The notes under the pieces were generated by a model that saw only the letters and a program-made list of their open reading frames with translations, had not been told where the DNA came from and made no database searches. A stretch of 60,358 nt of DNA from IMG/VR virus record IMGVR_UViG_3300042884_000410, positions 1 to 60,358 of that record; one strand, written 5' to 3'. Each line of letters opens with the position of its first letter. Position 1 is the first letter of the stretch. Origin of the DNA: a virus. Lineage: Duplodnaviria; Caudoviricetes. Position numbers and translations under genes: made by a program. Shown here piece after piece: positions 15,588-26,177 of this stretch.

Positions 15588-16460
15588 CTATTCGACCTGT
15601 GAAAAAACCCGATCCCCAAAACCAGGCATGGTCAATTCATTAACCTTGCCGTAACCGTCCTCCATCCAATCGCCGGTTGCCCTGCGACGAGCGATGTCAG
15701 TGAGAAGTTCATCCAGCCTGCGGCGGGCCCAATCCATGTAGGAAGGCGGCAGGGTGATGACCTGGGTGAGAAATGGGTGGACCGTCTGGGTCACCACGAA
15801 TTGCATGGGGGGCTCGGCCATCCCCGACACCACACAGCCCTGTTCGTAGAGGGCCGCACTGATGCCATACCCATAGAGCTTCACCGACCGGGCCCAGTCC
15901 TTGAGAATGTTCTTCTCAGAGGTGGTCTTGTAGTCCCCCAACTGTCCGCTGTTGCAGATGAAGTCAGGGCGGCAGCGGGCCATGACCCCAGCCGTGGACT
16001 CCCACCGGATTGAGGCTTCCCTATGGAGGATGTCCTCTTCAAGCTCTACTGCCTGGGAGTTCCGCACGAAGCGGTCGTGCATCTTCCCAAGAATTTCCCC
16101 CATCTCGGGGGACAAGATGATGGCATCTGGGGGCAGGGTGGCGAGCCACTCCTTGGTTGCCTTCTTCGTTGACAACCCCCCAGATGCGGTACAATGCTCC
16201 TCAGGGGCAGTGACCGCCCGCTCTGAGAACTGGTCGTAACCAATCTCCCTGAGCGTGTGCCAAGCACTTCCTAGCTGGAGGGCTGCCGACTTGGAGTCGG
16301 AACCCCACCCCATCTCCACGTTGTCATGGAAGACCGTGGCTGACTCTGCCAGACGAATCTGGGTGGAGCCAAGGTGAACCAGATCACCGTGATAGGTGGT
16401 GATCGGCTCGTCATAGAGAACCGAAAAGCGGGCGAGGCCATGGACAAAAGGATCGGTCAT
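15588..16460 (-). CDS. RecE/ExoVIII-like PD-(D/E)xK exonuclease
   Basis: YH...GS..H...RCRPD....DYKTT...YGY..SAALY. Confidence 0.85.
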   Translation of the reverse strand: MTDPFVHGLARFSVLYDEPITTYHGDLVHLGSTQIRLAESATVFHDNVEMGWGSDSKSAALQLGSAWHTLREIGYDQFSERAVTAPEEHCTASGGLSTKKATKEWLATLPPDAIILSPEMGEILGKMHDRFVRNSQAVELEEDILHREASIRWESTAGVMARCRPDFICNSGQLGDYKTTSEKNILKDWARSVKLYGYGISAALYEQGCVVSGMAEPPMQFVVTQTVHPFLTQVITLPPSYMDWARRRLDELLTDIARRRATGDWMEDGYGKVNELTMPGFGDRVFSQVE

Positions 16461-17209
16461 GCCGCCACCCCCTTTCCCATTTCTTGGGACAGGGCAGTGA
16501 ACAGAGCCAAGGCTTCCGGCTGGATCGAGTCTCCCTTTGTGGCGTTCTCCTCAAACCAAAGGGGTTGCAGGTTCCTGAAGTTATTGGCTGCAAGGAACTG
16601 GGTGCGGTCGGTCAGGTCTGCCGCAGCAAGCGGGTACAGGTGGTCTATGCACCACTTGCCATGGCCGTTCCCCCAGTTTTCCCATGACATACCGGGCTGG
16701 AACTGGGCCTCAAGCCACCCCTTCAGAAACTCCCCAGTACAACCAAGATCGCGGACGGCAGAGCCAGCCTTCAGCCCTAGGGTTACTGCATCGCTGACGC
16801 GGCTGCGAAGGTACTTCCTGATCCTGTACTGGATGTCTTCATCACGACGCTCACGCTCGCGGCAGGCCCGCTTGACCTTGGCCTCTGGCTTGGCCCTGTA
16901 TCTGCGGTCAGCCTCTCGCCTCTTCTGTCGATTGGCCGGGGCAGAGGACCACTTTGCGTCCCGCGTTCGACTCTTGGCCCTCTGGTCGGGCCGAGCCGCG
17001 AGCCGCCGCATGTACAGGAGATATGCCGCCCACTCTTCGGGGGTGGCCTCTGACTTCTTCTTGTTGCATTTCCGGGGGGCTACCCCCTGTGCAATGAAGA
17101 GCTTGACCGATTCGTTGAAAGCGGGCGCGGGGACTCGAACCCCGGCATCTAGCTTGGGAAGCTGCGGGCCGTGAGAAACGGCAGCTTCAGCACAACTGGA
17201 GTTATCCAT
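16457..17209 (-). CDS. HNH-type endonuclease; N-terminus reads through attP
   Basis: LGC..EFLK.WLE.QF.PGMSWENWG..WCIDH.YPL..NNFRNLQPLW..EN..KGD. Confidence 0.75.
   Translation of the reverse strand: MDNSSCAEAAVSHGPQLPKLDAGVRVPAPAFNESVKLFIAQGVAPRKCNKKKSEATPEEWAAYLLYMRRLAARPDQRAKSRTRDAKWSSAPANRQKRREADRRYRAKPEAKVKRACRERERRDEDIQYRIRKYLRSRVSDAVTLGLKAGSAVRDLGCTGEFLKGWLEAQFQPGMSWENWGNGHGKWCIDHLYPLAAADLTDRTQFLAANNFRNLQPLWFEENATKGDSIQPEALALFTALSQEMGKGVAA
17120..17163 (-). mobile_element. Putative attP core: 3' half of tRNA-Gly(CCC)
   Basis: Minus strand AGC-TTCCCAA-GCTAG-ATGC-CGGGG-TTCGAGT-CCCCG-CGCCCGC-T; no 5' half or D arm; ~200 bp from integrase start. Confidence 0.85.
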
Positions 17210-17360
17210 GAGGGTCAACAATCCTTTGTTTTCAACGGGAAAAACAGGGGGCTACGTTACCCCCTGCAATGCGGAGCCACCTAGAGGGGGCGGTGGCAAG
17301 TCCCCCAGATCGTGGCACTGTTGGTCACACCAAGAGAGTGACCACCATGAGAGGGATGCA

Positions 17361-18182
17361 ATGACCCTGACTGAGGTTGCGGTTGAGTACCTAGCGAGTA
17401 GGGACTTGTGCCACAACTACCAGCGGCATTTGATGCGAACGGCTGAGATGCTTCAGGCATCTGGGCTAACCTCCGTGGCCGACTTGACTCCTCAACGGGT
17501 CACCCGTTGGCTCGACTCTCTTGCGGTCAGTAAGACCACGAAGTCGAACTACCGTCGCCAAGCCCTCACGATTATTCGTGCGGCACTCGGTCCCGGTTGT
17601 GCAGATTTTATCGAAGGGGTCAGGCGTGTCAAGCACTCGGTTCCGCCGCCAGTGGCATGGACGAGAGAAGAGTTGTCGAGGTTGCTGCACGTTGCTCGAC
17701 ACCTCCCCGGCAAGCTGCAATGCGGATGCCCGGTCCACGTTTTCTTCACAGCTTGGTTGCTGGCAGGGTACTCCTGTGGGCTGCGCTTCAGTGACCTGTT
17801 GAACCTGAGGTGCAGTCAGATCAGGGACGGCAGGCTCTACACCATCCAGAGCAAGACGGGGGACTCCTTGGTACAGGTGTTGCCCCACGAATGCGTGGAT
17901 GCCCTCAACGAACTGATGGAGCTATCGCCAGACGGCAGGGTCTTCCGCTGGGCACTGGCAGAGAAGTGGCTGCGGATTCGCTGGGACCGCATGGTGGCGG
18001 CAGCGAAGCTCACAGGCACCTGCAAGTGGATGCGGCGCACGGGAGCCACTTGGGTTGAGGCTACCCAGCCCGGGAGTTCCAGCCGATTCCTTGGGCATCG
18101 GAGCCCTGAACTGGCCATGAAGCATTATGTGGACCGGACGCTCCTGCCCAACTCCTGCCCCATGCCCCCGCCCATCCGCTAA
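17361..18182 (+). CDS. int: Tyrosine recombinase/integrase (short, no arm-binding domain)
   Basis: GLRFSDL (R), QSKTG (K), KWMRR (K in place of H-x-x-R), FLGH, KHY (Y). Confidence 0.9.
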   Translation: MTLTEVAVEYLASRDLCHNYQRHLMRTAEMLQASGLTSVADLTPQRVTRWLDSLAVSKTTKSNYRRQALTIIRAALGPGCADFIEGVRRVKHSVPPPVAWTREELSRLLHVARHLPGKLQCGCPVHVFFTAWLLAGYSCGLRFSDLLNLRCSQIRDGRLYTIQSKTGDSLVQVLPHECVDALNELMELSPDGRVFRWALAEKWLRIRWDRMVAAAKLTGTCKWMRRTGATWVEATQPGSSSRFLGHRSPELAMKHYVDRTLLPNSCPMPPPIR

Positions 18183-21100
18183 AGAAGGAAGGGATTGCCC
18201 AGGTCGCCAAAGTTTTTGGCCTGAGCTTTCTTCGCCGCCCTGGCTTCCTTCCTCATCTGCCTGTCGAGCCGGTAGAGGAGAACGTCATCGGGGCTGGCGT
18301 ATGGGAGCATTTCCTCTGGAATGTACTTGGACTCAAATTTCTTGATTGCTGGGGAATCAGAGAGCATATCGGTCAGTTCACGGCTGGCATCCATCCTCGC
18401 CGCATCCTCAGAGATGTTCGTGATCTTGCTGCCGGTCAGCATATTGAAGGCATTCTGACCCAGCCGCGCCGACAGGTTGGGCACCCGCTCATCGTCCATC
18501 AGACGGTTCGTAAGCTGAAGCACTCTCGGTGCGTGGGGAACGAAGTCGAGCAGCATATTGCTGCCCTTCAACAGGTAGTCCGGTGTGCTGTATGGGTCCA
18601 CGCCAGCCGCCCGCCCCAGCTTTTGGATCGTAGGCTCAAACTCATTCAGCGATTTACCAGTGTGGAGGTTACGGCCAGACAGTAACTCCACACCGTCGCG
18701 GATGATCGGGTGCATTAGCTGACTGGTAGTATCAAGGAAGGTGTTATATGCACTGTCCCCGTACTTCACGCTACCATCAAGCCCCTGCTTGATGTTGAAC
18801 ATATTGATAAGACTGCGACCGGGAACGTCGATGGAGTTCAGGAAGCTGTTGACACCCGGGGTTTCTGGGGCCAGTGCGTCGATCACACTCCCCAGCCCTG
18901 GGACACCACGCAATCCCTCCAGGCTGAACCCTACGCTCTCCTTGATTTGCTTGGGCGTATAGGAATCATCGGGGTTGTCAGCGTCAGTCTGATTAACAAC
19001 GGCATCCGGTGCCCGCAGTGCTATGTTTGTGTAGGCACCACCCGGTCGGTTCCATATCTTCTGTGCTACATATGCACCAATTCTGGAATTGTAACTCCAG
19101 AAGGGCACGAAGCTCTTAATGAACCCCTTCTCAAACCTTGTTAGTGAACCGTAGTCCACCTGAGCCGCCATGATTCTGCGACTCGCCTCTGGCACACTGA
19201 CCCCTTGAAACATTAAACCGGCGTAACCCCCAACCCGATTGATCGTGTCGGTAGTGTCACCAAGTTTGGCACCCCACCTCAACAGCGGGTCAGTGAGTTG
19301 GCGGTCAGCTATGTAGTCAGAGAAGTTCTCGCCACCGAACGGGTTGATCGCCCCAGCAAACCTTCTGAGAGGGTCTGTGTATGACCTGAGTCCACCTCTA
19401 TAGAACTCGGAGTAGGCGGCATTGCTCGGGCTGAGAGGGGTTCTACCGCTCAGTGCATCACCGACTTGATAGCCAACGGTGGTGACAGGGCTGGCACCAG
19501 GGAGGACGGCATCGCGGATCGACTCGCCTGTCTGGCTGCCGGTCCATCGGGCACCAACGTCCTCAACCCTGCGGCCACCCAGAATCCCAGACGCGCCCAG
19601 GTCATCGCGGAACGCTGCGATGGCAGCATCCATGTTGGTTTCGGCCAGAGTTTTGTAGCGGGGCATCTGGGCGACGAGTGGACCCAGCCGGTCGGTCTGA
19701 CCCTGCAATAGATACTTGGCGGCGGCATACCCATTCCGCAGATCGTTGACGTTGCCCACCTCAATGGTGTTGCTGATCGCACCTGAGAACCAGTCACGCG
19801 CAAAACGGGCAGGCCATGTGAGGATGCTCGACTTCCACATATTGGTCAGATCGTCCATGAATTTCCCAAGGACACCCTGCACTTCGGGCATCGCGTAGTA
19901 GTCGGAAATCCTGTTGAATCGGTCAACGATTCTCTGGTCGATTGACACGTTGGCGAGATCGGCAGCGGTGAGTGTCTGCCCCGTCCCGGCCAGTCGAGCA
20001 TTGATGCGGTCGAGGATTTGCTGTTGAGCCCCCTGCAACACACCATTGGTATTGGTGGTGCGAAGGTCGAGGTCTGTGAGCGTCCGCAGCATGGAGTCAT
20101 GCCTGCCGCCCGGGACTTGCAGATAGTTCTCAAGGTTGGCCGATGACCCCAGAGCGTCATAGAGAACCCGCGACCTACCGATGGCCCGCTCCCGGCCACG
20201 CACATACCGGCTGGCATCCTCTAGGAAGTGCCGGTCGAACAGCCCTCGACCAGAAGCACGGGCCTCGGGACTCATGGACCGGATGTCCCTGGCCAGCTTG
20301 ACCGCTTGAGCCCGCGTGTAGGCAGGGCCAGCACCCACCCGGGAATTGACTGTCTGAAGAATGTGGTCGGCAGCAATGGCATCGTTGGCCGCGCCGGTCA
20401 CCGCAGCATCCCGGGACAGTTCGTTGATGGTATTCGTACCACCCGGAACTTGGTAAGCCGCATCTCTCGCAAGCTGATCGCCGGTCATTACAGACCAGTC
20501 TTTGCCAGACTTGCCGCCCATGTCGGGTGCGTTGCGGCCAAACACACCATCGTCCACGCCACGCGGGAAATACTTTGTACCGTAGGGATCGTTCAACTCG
20601 CCGGAACCAATGCCAGCTTCCCGGCTGCGGGTGATGTAGTCATCGGCTGTCTGCCGCCACTGTGTAACGAAGCTATCTAGATTGTTGCTGGTGACGAGTG
20701 CTTGGTCAGCCGCACTAGCTGTTCCCTCAATGACGTTGCGGACGGCAGTCGAAACCTGGGGGTCACCGAATGCGGCGGGCGAACGATCTGCCAACTCCCG
20801 GGCCATGCGAGTTGTCCACCGGGAAGCTGCCTCGGCGGCGGCTCGGTCGGATCGGACGAGACTCTTAGAGAGGATTTGCTGACCCTCTTCAGTCGCACCC
20901 TGCACGTTGTCGCCAAAGATGTTGCTGGCAGACACTCCATAGCGACCAAGTTTCGACCACCGCAGTGCCTGACCAGCCCGGTCAAACAGGGCAGCGGACC
21001 CAGCACCTAGAGCCCTGCCGCCAAAGGCATCGGGAATCTGGGCACCCACCGGGCCACCAAGAACCTTAGGCAGCCACAACCCCACATCGTTGTAGAGCCG

Positions 21101-21817
21101 GTCGTTGGCCACATCCGCATAGCCCATGCGGTGGTTCTTCTGGAGCCACTGTTCGATACCCTCTCGGGCTGCGTCTGGGTTGGCCTGGGCCTCGACCAGT
21201 TCCCTGAGCGTGGTGTTCCTGCCTGCCGTGCGACTGCCGACAATCGGGCGAGACAACAGGTCATCATCGGTCAGGTCTGCGATGCCCTTACCGAAGTTGT
21301 CATGCAGGGAGCGGGTGGCGTTGCGGGCGTAACCCATGTCGCCAAGCCGGTCGATGTCGCGGGCACCACGGGCAACGTCATCGACCAGATTGCGACCGGC
21401 AACTCGGGTCACATCGTCTGCGATACCAGCCGCCCTGGCTGCGAGAGTAGCCTTGCTGGCAGCACCCGCACCAAACGAGACAAGATTCAGGGGGTCAGTC
21501 CCAGCGTCGAAAGCGAACTCTGCGATTGGCCTGCCCCACCCACCCCAGGCATCCTCGCTCGGACGAATGCCATAAGCATCCATCGTTTCGCCAGTCTCTG
21601 ATCCAGAGAACAGGGGCCGTCCCATCAAGAGGTCATTCTTGAGGGAGTTGGCCCCGTTCAACCACCCAAGCAGCTTGCTTGAGGTGGGGCGGGTTCCGCG
21701 AGTCAGACCCTCCAGTGCCTCATCCCGCTGCCATGCGGGGAGGTCTGCCAGTGCAGGCGTGTCATCTGCTATTGGCAGGAACGGATTGCTGTCGAGGAGC
21801 GGGTTGCGCCATGCCAT
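18179..21817 (-). CDS. Large internal virion/ejection protein (putative), 1212 aa
   Basis: Size, Ala/Gly-rich helical composition, end of morphogenesis block; DYGSLTRFE...VPFWSY region. Confidence 0.65.
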   Translation of the reverse strand: MAWRNPLLDSNPFLPIADDTPALADLPAWQRDEALEGLTRGTRPTSSKLLGWLNGANSLKNDLLMGRPLFSGSETGETMDAYGIRPSEDAWGGWGRPIAEFAFDAGTDPLNLVSFGAGAASKATLAARAAGIADDVTRVAGRNLVDDVARGARDIDRLGDMGYARNATRSLHDNFGKGIADLTDDDLLSRPIVGSRTAGRNTTLRELVEAQANPDAAREGIEQWLQKNHRMGYADVANDRLYNDVGLWLPKVLGGPVGAQIPDAFGGRALGAGSAALFDRAGQALRWSKLGRYGVSASNIFGDNVQGATEEGQQILSKSLVRSDRAAAEAASRWTTRMARELADRSPAAFGDPQVSTAVRNVIEGTASAADQALVTSNNLDSFVTQWRQTADDYITRSREAGIGSGELNDPYGTKYFPRGVDDGVFGRNAPDMGGKSGKDWSVMTGDQLARDAAYQVPGGTNTINELSRDAAVTGAANDAIAADHILQTVNSRVGAGPAYTRAQAVKLARDIRSMSPEARASGRGLFDRHFLEDASRYVRGRERAIGRSRVLYDALGSSANLENYLQVPGGRHDSMLRTLTDLDLRTTNTNGVLQGAQQQILDRINARLAGTGQTLTAADLANVSIDQRIVDRFNRISDYYAMPEVQGVLGKFMDDLTNMWKSSILTWPARFARDWFSGAISNTIEVGNVNDLRNGYAAAKYLLQGQTDRLGPLVAQMPRYKTLAETNMDAAIAAFRDDLGASGILGGRRVEDVGARWTGSQTGESIRDAVLPGASPVTTVGYQVGDALSGRTPLSPSNAAYSEFYRGGLRSYTDPLRRFAGAINPFGGENFSDYIADRQLTDPLLRWGAKLGDTTDTINRVGGYAGLMFQGVSVPEASRRIMAAQVDYGSLTRFEKGFIKSFVPFWSYNSRIGAYVAQKIWNRPGGAYTNIALRAPDAVVNQTDADNPDDSYTPKQIKESVGFSLEGLRGVPGLGSVIDALAPETPGVNSFLNSIDVPGRSLINMFNIKQGLDGSVKYGDSAYNTFLDTTSQLMHPIIRDGVELLSGRNLHTGKSLNEFEPTIQKLGRAAGVDPYSTPDYLLKGSNMLLDFVPHAPRVLQLTNRLMDDERVPNLSARLGQNAFNMLTGSKITNISEDAARMDASRELTDMLSDSPAIKKFESKYIPEEMLPYASPDDVLLYRLDRQMRKEARAAKKAQAKNFGDLGNPFLL

Positions 21818-23202
21818 CAGTCAGCCCACGGGGTAAGGCCACGGATTGCGTTGCCAATGCCAAATCCAAGGTTGTCGCCAAACTGAGCATACGAAGCGTT
21901 CTTCCCAAAGATTCTCTGGAAGTGCTTCTGGTTATCTACCGTGTCGGGCAGGCCAGCATACTGCATGAACTGGGAATAGCTCATGTTGCCAGCCACCTGT
22001 TGGAGTTCAGACAACTCATCCGGGGAGAGCTTGTCCAGCCGCTTCGCCATGTCTCGGACGATGGGCTGGTAGTGGTTCTCCACTGCCTTCTTTGCTGCCG
22101 CCGCATCACCGTTGCTTCTCTGCATGTGCAGGGTTTCAATGGCAGTTTTGCGTCCTTGCCCAGGAGGCATCGCGGCAATCTCCTTCATGCCCTTGTCCAC
22201 AGACTCCAATGCTGTCGGAGGTACTGGCTTCTGGGAGGCGAGTTCACCCTTCGCCTTCTCGGAAGCATTGTGCTGATCGGTCATGTTGCGGGCGGCATAG
22301 AGGAAGCTCTGCCCGTAAATCTGTCCGTACATGGCAGCCTTCGCACTGGCATCGGCTAGGTCGCCCCGTGCCGCACTGGCCGACACATCTTCCATAGCCA
22401 TGATGTATCCGCGAGGTACACCCATCTGCCGTGCAATGTTGTTCTGCTTGGCTTGGTTGTCCACGTTGATGCCGATCTGGGCAGCTTTCTGTGCGTCCAG
22501 ATGATCGGTCAACGCACGGGTGGCAACAGCCCTTGCTGAATGAGAAGGCCCACCTTGGTCATACGAGGCAACCATGTCGGTGTACATGGCGGGGTTCGCA
22601 GCGATTTCATTCCGGTAGCGATTAGCTTGCTGCTTCAGAAACATCTTCCGCCGCCAATCATCGGGCACGCCCATGCCATTGGTTCGTGGCTGCGGCGCAC
22701 CTTCCCCTGTCTTGACCCACCCGCCACCGTAGTCTCGGTAGCCAGCCGCCAGCATCTCTTCCCTTGTTGCCGTCTTGGGATCGACCGTGGGAAGGGGAGG
22801 GGGGGGTGGTGCCGATGGCTGCGGGGGAGCCGGGGCAGGCTGCGGATCACCACCACCACCAATTCCATTGAGTACAGTGCCAAGCCCATAGCCGCCAGCC
22901 GCCACTGCGGCAGCGATCTGAGCCGCCCTCTGCCAGCCACTCACGCCAGGAGCCCGGGGCGTTGGCGTTGGAGGGGCTGTCGGCCCGGGGAGATTTCTAG
23001 TCGGGGGAGGCGACGGCAGGTTGCGGCCAGTGGGAGTCGGCGTAGCTGGAGTAGGTGCGGCTGGGGTGGGTGCAGCGGGAGTAGGCGGCACAACACCTGG
23101 GCGACCAGCGGGAGTGCCTGGGGCACCAGACGGCAGCGGAGAAACAACACCCGCAGCGGCATCGGTAAGCCACTTGATTCCATTTCTGATGGCACGGCTC
23201 AT
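21817..23202 (-). CDS. Putative internal virion protein, Pro-rich N-terminus
   Basis: MSRAIR start; coupled to neighbours. Confidence 0.6.
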   Translation of the reverse strand: MSRAIRNGIKWLTDAAAGVVSPLPSGAPGTPAGRPGVVPPTPAAPTPAAPTPATPTPTGRNLPSPPPTRNLPGPTAPPTPTPRAPGVSGWQRAAQIAAAVAAGGYGLGTVLNGIGGGGDPQPAPAPPQPSAPPPPPLPTVDPKTATREEMLAAGYRDYGGGWVKTGEGAPQPRTNGMGVPDDWRRKMFLKQQANRYRNEIAANPAMYTDMVASYDQGGPSHSARAVATRALTDHLDAQKAAQIGINVDNQAKQNNIARQMGVPRGYIMAMEDVSASAARGDLADASAKAAMYGQIYGQSFLYAARNMTDQHNASEKAKGELASQKPVPPTALESVDKGMKEIAAMPPGQGRKTAIETLHMQRSNGDAAAAKKAVENHYQPIVRDMAKRLDKLSPDELSELQQVAGNMSYSQFMQYAGLPDTVDNQKHFQRIFGKNASYAQFGDNLGFGIGNAIRGLTPWAD

Positions 23203-23204
23203 GG

Positions 23205-26177
23205 CTACCTCGTCCAGTTCTGGAGAATTTGCGTGTTGGGATTCAGGTTCATGTTGAAGTTACGCAGGGCACGAATCCGGTCCTCGGGCTTGGCACCCAG
23301 GTCTTGGCTTCCCTCGCCACCACGGGGAACGTAGGGGAAGGGGAATCCCTCTGGGCCTTGAGGTCCCATCGGCGGGATGTTGCCCGGGGGTGGCGGCTCA
23401 ATGCCACCACCAACCGGCGGCTGCCCACCACCAACTGGAGGTTGACCGCCACGAATCAGGAGTTCACGAATCCCCAACGCGCCACCGACAAGTCCAGCCC
23501 GCTTGGCCCACTTCTTCCACTGAGGCTCGGCCTGCGGCGTTGCATCAGGGGTGCGCAAGGACGGGTCTTCAGGACGGTTGATTACCACATCTTCTAGGTC
23601 AGGCTCTCTCTTAACCTCAACCGGATCAGGCTCTCTCTTGATCTCAAACTCTGCATCAATCGGCTCGTTGTTGAGGTCGAGGTCCCTGCGGGGCGGCAGA
23701 ATCTCGTCAGCATCAATGGGTGTGGAGGATGCCGCCAGCTTGCCACCTTGAAGGTCGGCAGTAGTGCTTGGGATCAACGCACCACCTGGGGCAGCACTCT
23801 GACTACCGGGCACCATAGAGCCACCGGCAGAGCCAGGATGGGCAGGGGTGACAGGAATCAAGTCGCCGCCGGTCTGTGCCGGGAACGGATTGAACGGACG
23901 AGTGACCGTGCCAGTCTCAGGGTCCATCGTCTGCATGGAGTTGACTTTGGACATGGTGTCCAGACGCTCTGCCAACCGCAGCCGCCTCTGGAGTTCCGCG
24001 ATCTGGGTAGCCCTCTCTGCCGCAGCACTGGTGCCAGGGGCCTCGGGGATCGCGTTGCCGTTGACGGGGTTGCGGTTCTCAATCAGTTCCCGCAACTGTT
24101 GGCGAAGAACAGAGGACCGCTCCGTTTCCCCGCCAACCGTCTTGTTCCATTCCTTTGCAAACAGCAGCCTTCGCTCTAGGTCGGAGTCGCTGACCACCCG
24201 GTTCTCACGGTTGTAGGCAGCAAATGGACGCTGGCCATCAGGGAAGAGCTTCCGTTGTCCGTCAGCCCCGCGCCCCACCTCGTTGTATGCCCCAGGCTTG
24301 TGGCCCGTTACTTCCCTGGTCTGGGTCCGGCCCACGCGACTCCTGTCACCAAGGTCGCGTCCACGGGCAAAGTTGGGGTCCACCTCTTCAGTCGAGATCG
24401 GGCCACCCTCACCACCAACTTGCTGTTGAAGATCGGCAAGCTCTTCGGGGCCAACATCTTCGCCCAGTTCCATGCCGGGATTGCCACTGTCCAGAGGTGC
24501 CCGTGGCTTCTGCGGAGTCCTGACCAACGGCTGGCTCTCATCGAAGTAGCCAGTGCCCGTGTCTGGGTCACCCTGCTTGATGCGACGAAGGGCTGCATCC
24601 TTCTCCTGTTCGTAACTGGTCAGCTTCTCGTCATAGGAGCGACCATCAACGTCAGGAGTGCCTCGACGGTTTGCAGTGCCAATAGCGTGGACGTTGCGGT
24701 CGGGGACGCTGGCTGGGTCCTGAGTGGTAGCAACACCTTCACCGATTCCACCAGCCGGGGCCACAGGCTCATCCGTACCCGGGCGGGTGCTGGGCCGGTA
24801 GTTTTCACCCCAGCCCTGATGCCCGAAAATATCCTCAAACTTGCGGGTGAGCGAAGCAATGGTTTGCTCCTGCATCAGTGCCCGCTCTGCCGTCTTGGTG
24901 GCCCGCACCGTGTCAGGCATATTCTCTTTGACCAGTCGACCTGCCGTCGAGGGCTTGACGTTCCCCTGTTCATCTCCATTGACGATCCGGTCGATCAGGT
25001 TGTCAGGGTTGTTGGAGTAGTCATCAATCAGAGCGGTTGCATCCGCCCTCTGGCCGGGGGTGATCGGGGTGATGTTCAGCCCCTCTGGGTCAGCACTCTC
25101 CACGAATGCACGGGCAAACTCCTCTGCGGAGTTGTACTGTTGGTTGGGGGTTGTGAACTTCCCCTTCTTCACGTTCTGGAATGCACGAAGAGCATCGCTG
25201 TGATCAGCGGGCCGGACTCTGGTGATGTGTCTCTTCATCTTGCTGCCGGTGTTGCCGGGAGCAAAGACGCTCGGGTTGTCCTGGTTGCCGTCCGCAGCCT
25301 CAAACATCAGCGGGTCATCTGACCTTCGGCTATCGACCACACCGTGCGAGTTGCTGGTTTCAGCCAGCCGGTGCATCAGGCGGGTGACTTCTTCCTTGGG
25401 AGTGCGAGTGCCCGATACAAGGGCAGTCCCAGCACGGCGACCAGGAGGGGTATTTAGGGCATCGTCATAGATCGGTCCAACTCGCAGCCCCTCTTCCGCC
25501 CTCTTGATAGCCGCCTTGGTCTGCCTGTCATAAGCCTGATTGAGGTACTCAATGGTGAAGTTGCCGTTCTTGTCTTCCGTGACCGTTTCCTTGCCACGGA
25601 ATGCAGGCACATCCTTCTTCGTCACCCGGCTATCAGACTGATACTGCGGCTGAAACGCATGGGGCTCCAGGTCAGCCTCTGCGCTCAGTGTCTCAAGACG
25701 AGTGCCGCCGCCCGGGGTGACAGGCTTGTTCATCACAAGCGAAGGCTCTCCCGGTTTCAGGGAGGCATCGGGGTCTGCGCCATCGAACACGGTGGCCATC
25801 ATCATCTTGCCTTCCGGGGTCAAGCTGATGGGGCGGGCCTTTCCCGTCTTGGGGTCAACACCGCTCGGAACTTGAGGGTCGCGCGTCGAAAGAGCAATCG
25901 ACTTCATCAAGTTGGACTTAGCCCGGGGCGACATACTGTCAACGATCTGCCGCAACTGGGCGAGGTCTTCCGGGGCACCGCTGTAGATCAGATTGCGAAC
26001 AACGTCGATGGGAAGATTGGCATCCACATTGTGGAGGTCGGTGTCACCGGGCTGGGCCTGAGCCATAGCCTTGCGCGCGGCATCATCACCCATCCTTGGA
26101 GGGCGGGGATTATCCGGGGCGTTTCCGCCGGTCATGACACGGATGTTGTCGGTGGCTTTTCGTGCTGCCCTACTCAT
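23205..26177 (-). CDS. Putative internal virion protein, 990 aa
   Basis: MSRAARK start; largely low-complexity. Confidence 0.6.
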   Translation of the reverse strand: MSRAARKATDNIRVMTGGNAPDNPRPPRMGDDAARKAMAQAQPGDTDLHNVDANLPIDVVRNLIYSGAPEDLAQLRQIVDSMSPRAKSNLMKSIALSTRDPQVPSGVDPKTGKARPISLTPEGKMMMATVFDGADPDASLKPGEPSLVMNKPVTPGGGTRLETLSAEADLEPHAFQPQYQSDSRVTKKDVPAFRGKETVTEDKNGNFTIEYLNQAYDRQTKAAIKRAEEGLRVGPIYDDALNTPPGRRAGTALVSGTRTPKEEVTRLMHRLAETSNSHGVVDSRRSDDPLMFEAADGNQDNPSVFAPGNTGSKMKRHITRVRPADHSDALRAFQNVKKGKFTTPNQQYNSAEEFARAFVESADPEGLNITPITPGQRADATALIDDYSNNPDNLIDRIVNGDEQGNVKPSTAGRLVKENMPDTVRATKTAERALMQEQTIASLTRKFEDIFGHQGWGENYRPSTRPGTDEPVAPAGGIGEGVATTQDPASVPDRNVHAIGTANRRGTPDVDGRSYDEKLTSYEQEKDAALRRIKQGDPDTGTGYFDESQPLVRTPQKPRAPLDSGNPGMELGEDVGPEELADLQQQVGGEGGPISTEEVDPNFARGRDLGDRSRVGRTQTREVTGHKPGAYNEVGRGADGQRKLFPDGQRPFAAYNRENRVVSDSDLERRLLFAKEWNKTVGGETERSSVLRQQLRELIENRNPVNGNAIPEAPGTSAAAERATQIAELQRRLRLAERLDTMSKVNSMQTMDPETGTVTRPFNPFPAQTGGDLIPVTPAHPGSAGGSMVPGSQSAAPGGALIPSTTADLQGGKLAASSTPIDADEILPPRRDLDLNNEPIDAEFEIKREPDPVEVKREPDLEDVVINRPEDPSLRTPDATPQAEPQWKKWAKRAGLVGGALGIRELLIRGGQPPVGGGQPPVGGGIEPPPPGNIPPMGPQGPEGFPFPYVPRGGEGSQDLGAKPEDRIRALRNFNMNLNPNTQILQNWTR

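Noticed and set aside
17120-17200. Complete tRNA-Gly gene
   Set aside because: No 5' acceptor strand or D arm, and the anticodon stem pairs for only 3 bp; better explained as attP.
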